Source: Candidatus Zixiibacteriota bacterium (GTDB lineage: Bacteria > Zixibacteria > MSB-5A5 > GN15 > FEB-12). From it: 64,000 nucleotides of DNA. Numbering within the stretch: the first letter of the stretch is position 1; each line of letters opens with the position of its first letter. The notes under the pieces were generated by a model, which worked only from the letters and a program-made list of their open reading frames with translations, made no database searches and was not told the origin of the DNA. The position numbers and the translations under genes were made by a program. Of this stretch, positions 18,176 to 27,892 are shown one piece after another. The stretch lies in the NCBI GenBank assembly GCA_040753875.1, contig JBFMDV010000024.1, positions 15,970-79,969 on the forward strand. Reading direction: 5' to 3'.

Positions 18176-18691
18176 ATGAGAATTTCGGCTGTCGAGGAAT
18201 ACGGGCTCCGGTGTTTGTTGGCTCTGGCCCGGAAAGGTCGCAAAGGTCAGCTGTCGATTTCTGAGATCGCTGAACTGGAAGGGTTGTCGGTGCCATATGC
18301 GTCGAAGCTGCTGGCGATCCTTCGCCGGGCAGGTTTGGTAGTGGCGGCGCGCGGCCGCGGGGGCGGTTTTACCATCGCCCGTGACGCCGGTGAGATCAAC
18401 TTGTACGAGGTGCTTACCTCGCTGGGTGGGCCGTTCATCGATCCGCAGCATTGCCAGAAACACTCGGGCCAGCTCCATGAGTGCGTACATGCCGACAATT
18501 GCTCGGTCCACGACGTGCTCGGCGGAATCGCTGGGTACCTTCAGAGTTTTCTGTCTCAGACTACACTTGCAGACATGGTAGAGAAAGAAAAAGCTCGGGC
18601 CGGACAGCGGACGGCGCCGCACGTGGTCATAGCCCATACCGCGCTGGAAAAGGAACTGGGACAGGTCGAAGGGCCGGTCCCGCTTGAATAG
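18176..18691 (+). CDS. Rrf2-family transcriptional regulator (IscR/SufR-like, Cys-containing)
   Basis: MRISAVEEYGLRCLLALAR...ISEIAELEGLSVPYASKLLAILRRAGLV is the Rrf2 wHTH. Three clustered Cys residues (C-x9-C-x5-C: HCQKHSGQLHECVHADNC) are suitable for an Fe-S ligand set. The gene is first in the suf operon. Confidence 0.85.
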   Translation: MRISAVEEYGLRCLLALARKGRKGQLSISEIAELEGLSVPYASKLLAILRRAGLVVAARGRGGGFTIARDAGEINLYEVLTSLGGPFIDPQHCQKHSGQLHECVHADNCSVHDVLGGIAGYLQSFLSQTTLADMVEKEKARAGQRTAPHVVIAHTALEKELGQVEGPVPLE

Positions 18692-18724
18692 ATGGCATTA
18701 GTCGATCGTAAGGGACAAGACATC

Positions 18725-19489
18725 ATGTCGAACAAGACACCGTTGTTTGAATTTCGGAATATACATGTCGAGGTCGAAGGGAAAGAGGTCGTCTCCGGCG
18801 TGTCATTGGCCATATACCCGGGCGAAATACACGCGATCATGGGGAAGAACGGTTCCGGCAAATCCTCGCTGTCGAATGCCCTGATGGGACATCCCAACTA
18901 TGCCATCACCAAGGGCGAGGCGTTGTTGAACGGGCAGGATATTCTCAAGATGAGCGCCGATGAACGCTCTCGCGCCGGGCTTTTCCTGGCGTTCCAGTAC
19001 CCTCTGGCGATACCAGGTGTAACCGTTGCCAATTTCATGCGCACAGCGCTGCAATCGCACCGCGGAAAGGATGCCGACATGGTCGATTTCCGCAAACTTC
19101 TCAAAGCGCACATGGACGCACTCGGCATCGATCAGACCTTCGCCACGCGCTATCTCAACGACGGGTTTTCCGGCGGTGAAAAGAAACGGATTGAGATTCT
19201 GCAGATGGCCGTGCTTAACCCGCGAGTGGCGATCCTCGATGAGACCGATTCCGGCCTGGATATCGATGCTCTGAAAACAGTGGCCGAGGGGATCAATCGG
19301 TTCCACGGTGACGGTAACGGCTTGCTCCTGGTAACGCACTACCAGCGGCTGCTCAATCATATCCGTCCCGATTATGTGCATGTGATGATGGCGGGCAAAT
19401 TCGTGAAATCCGGCGGGCCGGAGCTAGCGCTCAAACTGGAGGAGATCGGCTACGAATGGGTCGAAGCCGAGCAGAAAGCAGGTGTGTAA
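18725..19489 (+). CDS. sufC: Fe-S cluster assembly ATPase SufC
   Basis: Walker [14 protein letters not shown] signature FSGGEKKR and Walker [12 protein letters not shown] use the internal ATG at 18725, which has AAGGGA upstream. The track start is at 18692. Confidence 0.9.
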   Translation: MSNKTPLFEFRNIHVEVEGKEVVSGVSLAIYPGEIHAIMGKNGSGKSSLSNALMGHPNYAITKGEALLNGQDILKMSADERSRAGLFLAFQYPLAIPGVTVANFMRTALQSHRGKDADMVDFRKLLKAHMDALGIDQTFATRYLNDGFSGGEKKRIEILQMAVLNPRVAILDETDSGLDIDALKTVAEGINRFHGDGNGLLLVTHYQRLLNHIRPDYVHVMMAGKFVKSGGPELALKLEEIGYEWVEAEQKAGV

Positions 19490-19491
19490 AC

Positions 19492-20925
19492 ATGTCGGAA
19501 TCTATTGAACAGCAGAAACACGATCTGGCCGGTCTCAACTCCGACTACGCCACCAAATACGGTTTTCGCGATCCGGTGGATTATTTCCACAAGGGAGCGC
19601 GAGGGCTGAATCACGAAGTGGTCGAAATGATCTCGAAGATGAAAAACGAACCGCGTTGGATGGCCGAACGCCGCCACGAGGCGCTTGATATCTATGACTC
19701 CCGGCCAATGCCGCAGTGGGCCAACACTAAATTGCTCTCCGAGATCGATTACGAGAATATCTACTACTATATGAAACCGATCGATGCCCAGAAACAGAAC
19801 TGGAACGACGTACCGGAGTACATCAAGAAGACATTCGACCGACTCGGCATTCCCGAGGCGGAAAAGACATTCCTCGGCGGCGTCTCGGCGCAGTACGAGT
19901 CCGAGGTTGTGTATCACTCCATGCGCGATGACCTGAAGAAACTCGGGGTCCTTTTCTCCGATATGGATACTGGGCTTCGCGAACATCCGGAGGTCGTCGA
20001 AAAGTATTTCGGCACCGTGATACCGTCGACAGACAACAAATTCGCCGCGCTCAACACAGCGGTCTGGTCGGGCGGATCATTCATCTATGTTCCGCCGGGT
20101 ATCGATGTCAAAGTGCCGCTCCAGGCGTATTTTCGCATCAACGCCGAAAACATGGGGCAGTTCGAGCGAACGCTCATCGTCGCAGACAAGGGCTCGCGGG
20201 TGCACTACATTGAGGGGTGCACAGCGCCGGTCTATTCGACCGATTCGCTCCATTCGGCCGTGGTCGAATTAATTGCCATGGAAGGGGCATATATCCGCTA
20301 TACCACCATTCAGAACTGGTCACGCAACATCTTCAACCTGGTGACCAAACGGGCCACGGCGCACAAAAATGCAACGGTCGAGTGGGTCGATGGGAACCTT
20401 GGTTCTCGTCTGACCATGAAATACCCGTGTATTCAGTTGGTTGGCGAGGGGGCGCGCGGCGAAGTGCTTTCCGTGGCCTTTGCCGGAGTTGACCAGCATC
20501 AGGACGCAGGCGCCAAGATGATTCACGCGGCCCCGAATACGTCGTCGCGAATTACTTCAAAGTCGATATCCAAAGACAACGGGCGTGCGTCTTACAGGGG
20601 CCTGGTCAAAGTGCACAAGAACGCCGTCAATGTCAAGGTATCGGTTGAGTGCGACGCTCTCCTGATCGGCAAGGACGCGCGTAGCGACACCTATCCGACA
20701 ATGGAGATCGACGCCGACCAGGTGCGTGTCGAACATGAGGCGCGCGTTTCGAAGGTTGCCGAAGAACAGCTATTCTATCTCACCAGCCGCGGACTCACCG
20801 AAGATGACGCCCGGCTGTTGATTGTCAATGGCTTTATGGAGCCGTTCACTAAGGAGCTGCCGCTTGAGTATGCGGTCGAACTGAACCGACTGATTCAGCT
20901 CGAGATGGAAGGCTCGGTGGGTTGA
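19492..20925 (+). CDS. sufB: Fe-S cluster assembly scaffold SufB
   Basis: Typical SufB sequence throughout ([12 protein letters not shown]...[12 protein letters not shown]...HYIEGCTAP...[19 protein letters not shown]). ATG at 19492 lies just after the sufC stop. Confidence 0.9.
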   Translation: MSESIEQQKHDLAGLNSDYATKYGFRDPVDYFHKGARGLNHEVVEMISKMKNEPRWMAERRHEALDIYDSRPMPQWANTKLLSEIDYENIYYYMKPIDAQKQNWNDVPEYIKKTFDRLGIPEAEKTFLGGVSAQYESEVVYHSMRDDLKKLGVLFSDMDTGLREHPEVVEKYFGTVIPSTDNKFAALNTAVWSGGSFIYVPPGIDVKVPLQAYFRINAENMGQFERTLIVADKGSRVHYIEGCTAPVYSTDSLHSAVVELIAMEGAYIRYTTIQNWSRNIFNLVTKRATAHKNATVEWVDGNLGSRLTMKYPCIQLVGEGARGEVLSVAFAGVDQHQDAGAKMIHAAPNTSSRITSKSISKDNGRASYRGLVKVHKNAVNVKVSVECDALLIGKDARSDTYPTMEIDADQVRVEHEARVSKVAEEQLFYLTSRGLTEDDARLLIVNGFMEPFTKELPLEYAVELNRLIQLEMEGSVG

Positions 20926-20927
20926 CC

Positions 20928-22241
20928 ATGAGTGCTGCGACAGATTATCGTATACCGGACATGTCCCCCGAACTGGCGCGAGGACCGGTCTGGCTGCAAC
21001 GGAAACGCAGCGAAGCCAGAGAATCGTTCAATGGCTCCCCTCTCCCCCCGCGCGGGCTTCATTTGTGGCGCTACACGGATCCGAGCCGATTCCTATATGA
21101 GAAGGCCCAGATGGCGGACACGTCGTTTGGCGAAAACTATGACGCCGTCGAACGACTGGAGCTGCGACATCTGAACGACGGGCATATCGCGGCGCTGGTG
21201 ACGGACCTCGGCGGCCGCACAATCACCGTTCATGGTCAGGACTATTTAAGCAAGCGCGGGATCATCGTCTTGCCGCTGTCGACTGCAGTCGAACAACACG
21301 CGGCGCTGGTCGAACCGTACCTGTACCGCCTGGTCAATGCGAACACCGGCAAGTTTGAAGCCATGAACGGCGCACTGTGGAACGACGGGATATTCATCCA
21401 CGTACCCGACAACTGTTCGCTGGAGAAACCAATCCACCTGCTCCGCGAGGCAGGCCGAGAACGTTCGGCCCAGTTCCCCCGGCTGCTCGTGGTGGTCGGC
21501 CAAAGCGCCGAGTTGACGTTGATCGATGAATACGGCGGCGGTGCGACCGACCGCGCCGCGGGCGCAAGCCATTCGAATGGCGCTGTCGAGATTTTTGGCG
21601 GTACCGACAGTCGCACGCGATACGTCTCGCTGCAGCGACAGACCTCGGCCATGAACTCGTATCTGACGCACCGCGCCCGGCTGGACCGCGGCGCCACCAT
21701 GCTGACGATGGCACTGGTATTCGGCGCTAATCTCTGCAAACAGAATTTCGGCGTTATACTGGATGGCCCCGGCGCTGAGAGCACCATGTACGGCCTGCTG
21801 TTCGGCTCGGACCATCAACAGTTCGACAATCACACGCTGCACCACCACGCCTCGGGTCGAACCAAATCAAATATCGATTTCAAGGTGGTACTGAGGGACA
21901 AGGCAATCTCGGCATACACGGGTCTCATTCGCATCGAACACAATGCCGAAGTGTGTGAGGCGTATCAAGAGAACCGCAATATGTTGCTCAATCCGGGGAC
22001 GCGAGCGGAGTCGATCCCCGAGCTTGAGATCTTGAACGAAGAGGTCACCTGTACGCACGGTGCCACGGTCGGACCGATCGACCCGATGCAGTTGTTTTAT
22101 CTGAACAGCCGCGGAATCGACAAGACCGAGGCAGTGCGGATGGTGGTGTCGGGCTTTGTCGCCTCCACCTTCCGCCTGGTGCCGGATGACCTGCGCGAGC
22201 GGATCACCGATTTTGTCGCACAGCGCCTGGAGAATCTCTGA
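20928..22241 (+). CDS. sufD: Fe-S cluster assembly protein SufD
   Basis: SufBD-family beta-helix C-terminal pattern (HTLHHHASGRTKSNIDFKVVL...THGATVGPIDPMQLFYLNSRGI). It sits between sufB and the Rieske gene. Confidence 0.85.
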   Translation: MSAATDYRIPDMSPELARGPVWLQRKRSEARESFNGSPLPPRGLHLWRYTDPSRFLYEKAQMADTSFGENYDAVERLELRHLNDGHIAALVTDLGGRTITVHGQDYLSKRGIIVLPLSTAVEQHAALVEPYLYRLVNANTGKFEAMNGALWNDGIFIHVPDNCSLEKPIHLLREAGRERSAQFPRLLVVVGQSAELTLIDEYGGGATDRAAGASHSNGAVEIFGGTDSRTRYVSLQRQTSAMNSYLTHRARLDRGATMLTMALVFGANLCKQNFGVILDGPGAESTMYGLLFGSDHQQFDNHTLHHHASGRTKSNIDFKVVLRDKAISAYTGLIRIEHNAEVCEAYQENRNMLLNPGTRAESIPELEILNEEVTCTHGATVGPIDPMQLFYLNSRGIDKTEAVRMVVSGFVASTFRLVPDDLRERITDFVAQRLENL

Positions 22242-22244
22242 TTC

Positions 22245-22556
22245 ATGGGGCGATTCGTGAGAGTGGCAGATGTCCAGGAGATACCGGAAGGGACAATCCG
22301 ACCGTTTGAGGTTGAGTTCACGCGCTTTGTGATCGTGCATACGGCAGACGGTTTTTTCGCGATAGCGGACGAATGCAGCCATGATGGCGCGCCGTTTTCC
22401 GGCGGGAGAATTCGCGGCACGGAGATCATGTGCACGCGACACGGCGCGCGGTTCGATTTGCGGACCGGTGCGGTGACCGCCCCTCCGGCAGTTGCGCCCA
22501 TTGATACTTACGACGTCAAGGTTGAAGGGAACGACGTGTTCATCTTCCTTGACTGA
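22245..22556 (+). CDS. Rieske [2Fe-2S] ferredoxin-like protein
   Basis: 103 aa with CSH-x16-CxxHG (ADECSHDG...IMCTRHGARFDLRTG), the Rieske ligand pattern. Confidence 0.8.
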   Translation: MGRFVRVADVQEIPEGTIRPFEVEFTRFVIVHTADGFFAIADECSHDGAPFSGGRIRGTEIMCTRHGARFDLRTGAVTAPPAVAPIDTYDVKVEGNDVFIFLD

Positions 22557-22589
22557 CCGGTGAAGAACTGATTAGCATGACCGGGTACT

Positions 22590-23867
22590 ATGAAAGCTGA
22601 AACCAATAATAAGCCGGTGGCGGCAGTGACGCAGTCGACCGGACTGGATATAGAGAAGATCAAAGCCGATTTCCCGATCCTCCGGGAGCGGATAAACGGC
22701 AATCGACTCGTGTATCTGGACAGTGCCGCCACGGCGCAGAAGCCGCAGGCAGCCATCGATGCCCACGCTGCCTATTACCGGAAACTCAACGCCAACATAC
22801 ATCGCGGCCTGCATACCCTGGCGGAACAGGCAACGGCAGCGTTCGAGTTGACCCGTGCACATGTGGCTCGATTCATTGGCGGGGTTCAGACCGAAGAAGT
22901 GATCATGACCAAGGGAGCGACCGAGTCCATCAATCTCGTGGCGTACACATGGGGTGAGAAGTACATCGGCGAGGGGGATGAAATAATCATCACCGAGATG
23001 GAGCATCACGCGAATTTCGTTCCGTGGATCATGCTGGCCGAGCGGAAGAAAGCTATCATCAAGCGGCTTCCGATCACGGTGTGTGGACATCTGGATTTGA
23101 GCGATTTCGAGAAACTGCTGACCCCGCGCACCAAGTTGCTTGCTCTCTGCCACGCCTCCAACGTGCTCGGGACGATCAATCCCATCAAAGACCTGGCGGC
23201 CAAAGCGCACCAACACGGCGTGACGGTATTGGCCGATGGCGCGCAGGCAGCGCCGCATATGCCGGTTGACGTGAAGGACCTCGGCGTTGATTTCTACGTA
23301 TTCTCTGCGCATAAGATGCTCGGTCCAACGGGCGTCGGCGTCCTGTACGGCCGACGCGAACTGCTTGAAACGATGCCGCCGTTTAATTTCGGCGGCGAAA
23401 TGATCCGCGAGGTCAGTTTCGAACGAGTAACGTTCAACGATCTCCCCTGGCGATTCGAAGCCGGCACACCGAATATCGGCGGTGTCGTAGCCTTCGATGC
23501 CGCGCTGTCCTACCTTGAGGAGATTGGTATGGACCGGATCCGCTGGCACGAGATGAGCCTGGCCAAGTATGCCATCGAACGACTGCTTGAGATACCCGGA
23601 ATTGAGATCCAGGGCCCTCGGGAGATCGAGAATCGCGGGGGCGCGATATCGTTTTCGGACCCGAATATCCACCCGCATGATATCAGCACGTTTCTGGATT
23701 CCCGCGGGATCGCCATCCGGGCAGGACATCATTGCGCCCAGCCGTTGATGCGGGCTCTCGGAAAAGTTGCCACAGCCCGTGCCTCGTTGTATATATATAA
23801 TGATGAAGCGGATATCGATGTGCTGTGCGAAGCCTTGCGAGCCATGAGAAAGTACTTCGGCGTATGA
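22590..23867 (+). CDS. sufS: cysteine desulfurase SufS (class II)
   Basis: YLDSAATAQKP, the PLP-lysine region FSAHKMLGPTGVGVLYG and the active-site loop RAGHHCAQPL are all present. Confidence 0.9.
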   Translation: MKAETNNKPVAAVTQSTGLDIEKIKADFPILRERINGNRLVYLDSAATAQKPQAAIDAHAAYYRKLNANIHRGLHTLAEQATAAFELTRAHVARFIGGVQTEEVIMTKGATESINLVAYTWGEKYIGEGDEIIITEMEHHANFVPWIMLAERKKAIIKRLPITVCGHLDLSDFEKLLTPRTKLLALCHASNVLGTINPIKDLAAKAHQHGVTVLADGAQAAPHMPVDVKDLGVDFYVFSAHKMLGPTGVGVLYGRRELLETMPPFNFGGEMIREVSFERVTFNDLPWRFEAGTPNIGGVVAFDAALSYLEEIGMDRIRWHEMSLAKYAIERLLEIPGIEIQGPREIENRGGAISFSDPNIHPHDISTFLDSRGIAIRAGHHCAQPLMRALGKVATARASLYIYNDEADIDVLCEALRAMRKYFGV

Positions 23868-24343
23868 GCCATTCCCTCGACGACATGTATCGTGAGATCA
23901 TTCTGGACCATTTCCGCTCCCCACGCGGCAAAAAGCCGGTCGACCATGCGGATATCAGTTCCAATGGCTTGAATCCGACGTGTGGCGACGAGATCTCCAT
24001 GCAGGTGGAAATGAACGACGGGGTTCTCAAGGACATTCAGGTCAATTGCAGGGGTTGCGCCATTTCCGTCGCTTCGGGCTCGATGCTGGCGGAAGTGGTC
24101 AAGGGGCGCTCGTTTGATGAGGTGAAGACTATCGCCGAGGCCGTCAAGAAAATGCTCAAAGGCGAAGAGGTTGAGTTGCCACGGGACCTGGGTGATATCG
24201 ATGCTCTCAAAGGGGTGCGCAACTTCCCGGTCCGCGTCAAATGTGCCCTTCTGGCCTGGGTCACGCTGGTGGAGGGACTGAAGAATTACGAGGCCGGCAA
24301 GCCGGAGATTACTACTTCCATCAGCACTGATGACGCCGAATAG
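23864..24343 (+). CDS. sufU: SufU-type sulfur-transfer/scaffold protein
   Basis: The sequence contains DDMYREIILDHFRSPRG...NPTCGDEI...CRGCAISVASGS...VKCALLAW. I use the internal ATG at 23864, which forms an ATGA overlap with the sufS stop. Confidence 0.85.
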   Translation: MSHSLDDMYREIILDHFRSPRGKKPVDHADISSNGLNPTCGDEISMQVEMNDGVLKDIQVNCRGCAISVASGSMLAEVVKGRSFDEVKTIAEAVKKMLKGEEVELPRDLGDIDALKGVRNFPVRVKCALLAWVTLVEGLKNYEAGKPEITTSISTDDAE

Positions 24344-24356
24344 AAGGTCGGCCGCC

Positions 24357-24668
24357 ATGCCGGTTCCCACTAAAGTACAGATCATCGAGGTTCTCAAGCC
24401 GATTCACGACCCGGAGATCCGGATCGGCATTATTGACCTTGGACTCGTGTATGATGTTGATGTCGCAGATGATGGAGTCGTGAGAGTGAAGATGACACTC
24501 ACCACGCCGGCCTGTCCGTACGGCGAAATGCTCTTGTCAATGGTTCATCGCGAGGTCGAGCAGCTCGACGGCGTCACCAAGGTCGAAGTCCTTCTGGTCT
24601 GGGACCCACCGTGGGACCCAAAAGAGATGTGTTCGGATTTCGCCAAAGACATGCTGGGAATTTGGTAA
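24357..24668 (+). CDS. sufT: SufT/MIP18-family (DUF59) Fe-S assembly protein
   Basis: IHDPEIRIGIIDLGLVYDV...LTTPACPYGE...VWDPPW is the DUF59/PaaD-like signature. I use the internal ATG at 24357. Confidence 0.8.
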   Translation: MPVPTKVQIIEVLKPIHDPEIRIGIIDLGLVYDVDVADDGVVRVKMTLTTPACPYGEMLLSMVHREVEQLDGVTKVEVLLVWDPPWDPKEMCSDFAKDMLGIW

Positions 24669-24825
24669 GTTTGCCGCACTAACCGTATTGCCGGTTCAGT
24701 ACGCGGGCAGCGCGATAATCACATCTGGTGTTTTTCTTTTTCAGTATCCAAACGAATACTTGCGCAACCTGCCGCCAGGTCATTCGTTATAGGGAAGTAC
24801 AATTCTTGACATTACTGGATCGGGC

Positions 24826-26019
24826 ATGGAAGAAGAAAAAGCAAAACCTGATTTATCGTCTTTACGCATAGACCGGAGCAAACGGTACGATGACGACCGT
24901 CCGAGGAGCAAATGGTGGCGCTACCTGGCGGTGGCGGCGGCTATCGTCATAATCGTGGTTTCGTTCATTGTATTCCGCGAGCGCGTGACTCCTTCATTAA
25001 AAGTAAAGACTGCGGTAGTGAGTCTTGTGTCCGGCTCGGAGGCCGCGGCGTCACTGGTCGCAACGGGATACGTGGTGGCACAACGCAAAGCTGAAGTGGC
25101 ATCAAAGGGAACCGGACGGCTGGCCTTTTTGGGCTTTGAAGAGGGGGACACTGTGTCTGCCGGTCAGGTGATCGCAAGTCTGGACAACGCCGACATCAAA
25201 GCGGCTCTGGAACAGGCGAAGGCTGCCCTGGGACAGGCCGAGGTTGACACGCTGAACGCCGGGCGAAATTATCGCCGGCAGGCGGACCTGCTCAAATCAG
25301 GCGCGGTCACAGACGCGCTCATGGAAGACGCCGAGGCCCGCTATAAGAGCTCTCTTGCCGCTTTCACCGGAGCCCGCGCAGCGGTCAGGGCGGCTGAAGT
25401 AAATCTCGAAAACACCTACATCCGAGCACCGTTCAGTGGTACCGTGTTGACAAAGAATGCGGAGGTAGGTGAGATCGTGGCACCTTTTGCGTCGTCATCA
25501 TCCTCGAAGGGATCCGTGGTAACTCTCGCAGATATGACGTCATTGGAAGTCGAGGCCGACGTCGCCGAGGCCAATATCAACCGTGTGCAGGTTGGCCAGC
25601 CAGCCGAGATCGTCCTCGATGCCTATCCCACGGTCCGCTATCCCGCCCAAGTCAAGAAGATTGTGCCGACAGCCGACCGCTCGCGCGCAACCGTGCTCAC
25701 CAAAGTCGCTTTCACTCAGATCGACAACAAAGTGATTCCGGAAATGTCTGCCATGGTTAACTTTTTCGTCGGTGGCGAGGCGTCCGCGGCGCAAGCTCCG
25801 ACGATGCTGTCGGTACTGCGCGACGCTATTACGACCCGCGATGGCCAGTCGGTGACGTTCCGTGTTGATGAGGACCATGTCGCCATGGTGCCGGTGAAGA
25901 CTGGCCGCGAGTTCGGTAAGACAGTTGAGATCCTCGAAGGATTGACGCAAGGAGACATGGTGGTCCTTTCGCCTCCCGGCAAGATGGCGACCGGACAGAA
26001 AGTGGACATAACCAAATAG
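24826..26019 (+). CDS. efflux periplasmic adaptor (membrane fusion protein, MacA/HlyD family)
   Basis: N-terminal TM (WWRYLAVAAAIVIIVVSFIVF), lipoyl/hairpin/beta-barrel pattern (GQVIASLDN...YIRAPFSGTVL...) and an operon with a MacB-type ABC. Confidence 0.8.
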   Translation: MEEEKAKPDLSSLRIDRSKRYDDDRPRSKWWRYLAVAAAIVIIVVSFIVFRERVTPSLKVKTAVVSLVSGSEAAASLVATGYVVAQRKAEVASKGTGRLAFLGFEEGDTVSAGQVIASLDNADIKAALEQAKAALGQAEVDTLNAGRNYRRQADLLKSGAVTDALMEDAEARYKSSLAAFTGARAAVRAAEVNLENTYIRAPFSGTVLTKNAEVGEIVAPFASSSSSKGSVVTLADMTSLEVEADVAEANINRVQVGQPAEIVLDAYPTVRYPAQVKKIVPTADRSRATVLTKVAFTQIDNKVIPEMSAMVNFFVGGEASAAQAPTMLSVLRDAITTRDGQSVTFRVDEDHVAMVPVKTGREFGKTVEILEGLTQGDMVVLSPPGKMATGQKVDITK

Positions 26020-26035
26020 ACGGATAAAATGCAGT

Positions 26036-26728
26036 ATGGCACAAACTCTTGTTCGCGTACAGTCGGTTTTCAAATCCTATTGGCGAGACAGCCTGGAGAT
26101 TCCCGTGTTGCGGAATATTTCGTGCGAGATCCCCGAAGGGGAGTTCCTGGCGTTGATGGGACCATCCGGTTCTGGGAAAACCACACTGTTGAATCTGATA
26201 GCGGGGATCGACCGGGTGTCGAAAGGAAGTATTCAGGTTGCGGGGAATGATCTTTCGTCGCTTGACGACGCCCAGATGGCGCGGTGGCGTCACCGCAATA
26301 TCGGGTTTGTCTTTCAGTTCTATAATCTCATTCCGGTTCTGAACGCATATGAGAATGTCGAACTGCCGCTCTTGCTGACCAGACTGAGCAAGAGCGAACG
26401 GAAGAAGCAGGTCGAGGCCGCATTGAACATAGTCGGTCTCGGAGACCGCATGAAGCATTATCCGAACCAGCTTTCGGGCGGCCAGGAACAGCGAGTTGCC
26501 ATCGCCCGTGCCCTGGTGACCGATCCCAATCTCATTTTGGCCGATGAACCAACGGGCGATCTCGACAAACAATCGGCCGAGGATATCATGTCCTTGCTGA
26601 GCCAACTCAACAGTCAATACAACAAGACCATCGTGATGGTCACCCACGATCCCCGGGCAGCAGAGAAAGCGCATCTCATTCGCCGTCTCGATAAAGGCGA
26701 ATTGGTTAACGGAGACGGCAGCCGGTGA
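26036..26728 (+). CDS. ABC transporter ATP-binding protein (MacB/LolD type)
   Basis: Walker [13 protein letters not shown], signature [15 protein letters not shown] and Walker [12 protein letters not shown]. Confidence 0.9.
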   Translation: MAQTLVRVQSVFKSYWRDSLEIPVLRNISCEIPEGEFLALMGPSGSGKTTLLNLIAGIDRVSKGSIQVAGNDLSSLDDAQMARWRHRNIGFVFQFYNLIPVLNAYENVELPLLLTRLSKSERKKQVEAALNIVGLGDRMKHYPNQLSGGQEQRVAIARALVTDPNLILADEPTGDLDKQSAEDIMSLLSQLNSQYNKTIVMVTHDPRAAEKAHLIRRLDKGELVNGDGSR

Positions 26729-27882
26729 AGTTTCTCAAACTGACATTCAGAAATGCCGGGCGTCATACCCTTCGCACGGTTCTGACGGTCTTCGGCATGG
26801 CCATCGCGGTGATGGCGTTTGCCGTCATTCGCACCGCTATCGAGGCGTGGTACAGCCAGGCCGAGGCATCATCACCCAACCGCCTGGTGACCATGAACAA
26901 CGTGTCTATTGTTTTCACGTTACCGCTTGCCTACCAGTCGAAGATCGAGGCGGTACCGGGGGTCAACACCGTGGCGCACGCTCAATGGTTCGGCGGGGTT
27001 TATATTGATGCCAAAAACTTCTTTCCGAAATTCGCCATTGAAGCCGAGCCATATCTGAAGATGTATCCGGAATGGGTGGTGCCGGAGGACCAAAAGGAAG
27101 CGTTTCTTAAGGAACGAAACGCTGCGATGATTGGACGCAAGCTGGCCGACCGGTTCGGCTGGAAAGTCGGCGATGCAGTACGTATCGTCGGGGACATTTT
27201 CCCCGGCGACTGGGATTTCGTTATCCGTGCCATATATACCGGCGCCAAGGAAAACACCGATGAGAACTCCTGGATGTTCCATTACGAATATCTCGATGAA
27301 CGGATGCGCCGGGAGACGCCGGCACGCGCCGGAGAGGTTGCCTGGTTCGTCGTGCAGATCGACGATCCCACCAGGGCAACGGCATTATCGGAACAAATTG
27401 ACGCCTTATTCAAGAACTCACCCGCTGAAACCAAGACACAAACCGAGGAAGCTTTTGCACTCAGTTTCGTGGCCATGTCCGGCTCCATCATTGCCGGCAT
27501 GCAGATTATCTCTGTCATGGTTATCGGCATTATCCTGTTGGTGCTGGCAAACACGATGGCCATGACCGCACGTGAACGTATCAGCGAATATGCCGTGCTC
27601 AAAACCCTTGGATTCAGTCCAAAGCACATTGTGGGCCTCATCTTCGGGGAGTCGCTCGTCATCGCCGTCCTGGGCGGTGCCCTGGGCATTGCGCTCACCT
27701 TTCCCATCGTTGGCTTGATGAAACTCGCGCTCTCCGCCTACTTCGGAGCGTTTCCACTCCCTGCGTTGACGTTCATACTGGCAGGCGGATCGGCAGTTGT
27801 GGTCGGTCTGCTGGCCGCCATATTCCCAGCCTCCAAGGCGCTGCGAACGACAATTGTCGACGGCCTGCGAGTGATTGATTGA
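26725..27882 (+). CDS. ABC transporter permease (FtsX/MacB_PCD type)
   Basis: Layout is N-terminal TM, large periplasmic domain, then three C-terminal TMs containing the FtsX motif (RERISEYAVLKTLGFS). It overlaps the ATPase gene by 4 nt. Confidence 0.85.
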   Translation: MKFLKLTFRNAGRHTLRTVLTVFGMAIAVMAFAVIRTAIEAWYSQAEASSPNRLVTMNNVSIVFTLPLAYQSKIEAVPGVNTVAHAQWFGGVYIDAKNFFPKFAIEAEPYLKMYPEWVVPEDQKEAFLKERNAAMIGRKLADRFGWKVGDAVRIVGDIFPGDWDFVIRAIYTGAKENTDENSWMFHYEYLDERMRRETPARAGEVAWFVVQIDDPTRATALSEQIDALFKNSPAETKTQTEEAFALSFVAMSGSIIAGMQIISVMVIGIILLVLANTMAMTARERISEYAVLKTLGFSPKHIVGLIFGESLVIAVLGGALGIALTFPIVGLMKLALSAYFGAFPLPALTFILAGGSAVVVGLLAAIFPASKALRTTIVDGLRVID

Positions 27883-27892
27883 GGAAACAAGT

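Noticed and set aside
18092-18637. 181-aa minus-strand ORF
   Set aside because: It is antisense to the Rrf2 regulator gene and its promoter, and it has no recognisable motifs.
22572-23732. 386-aa minus-strand ORF opposite sufS, plus similar long antisense ORFs (for example 9021-9716, 18803-19381, 19450-19986, 21246-21848, 25829-26674, 30633-31661, 43675-44427, 49551-50285, 52003-53004, 56935-57576)
   Set aside because: Each lies entirely inside a gene with unmistakable family motifs on the other strand. Their Arg/Gly/His-rich, low-complexity composition is typical of GC-driven shadow ORFs.
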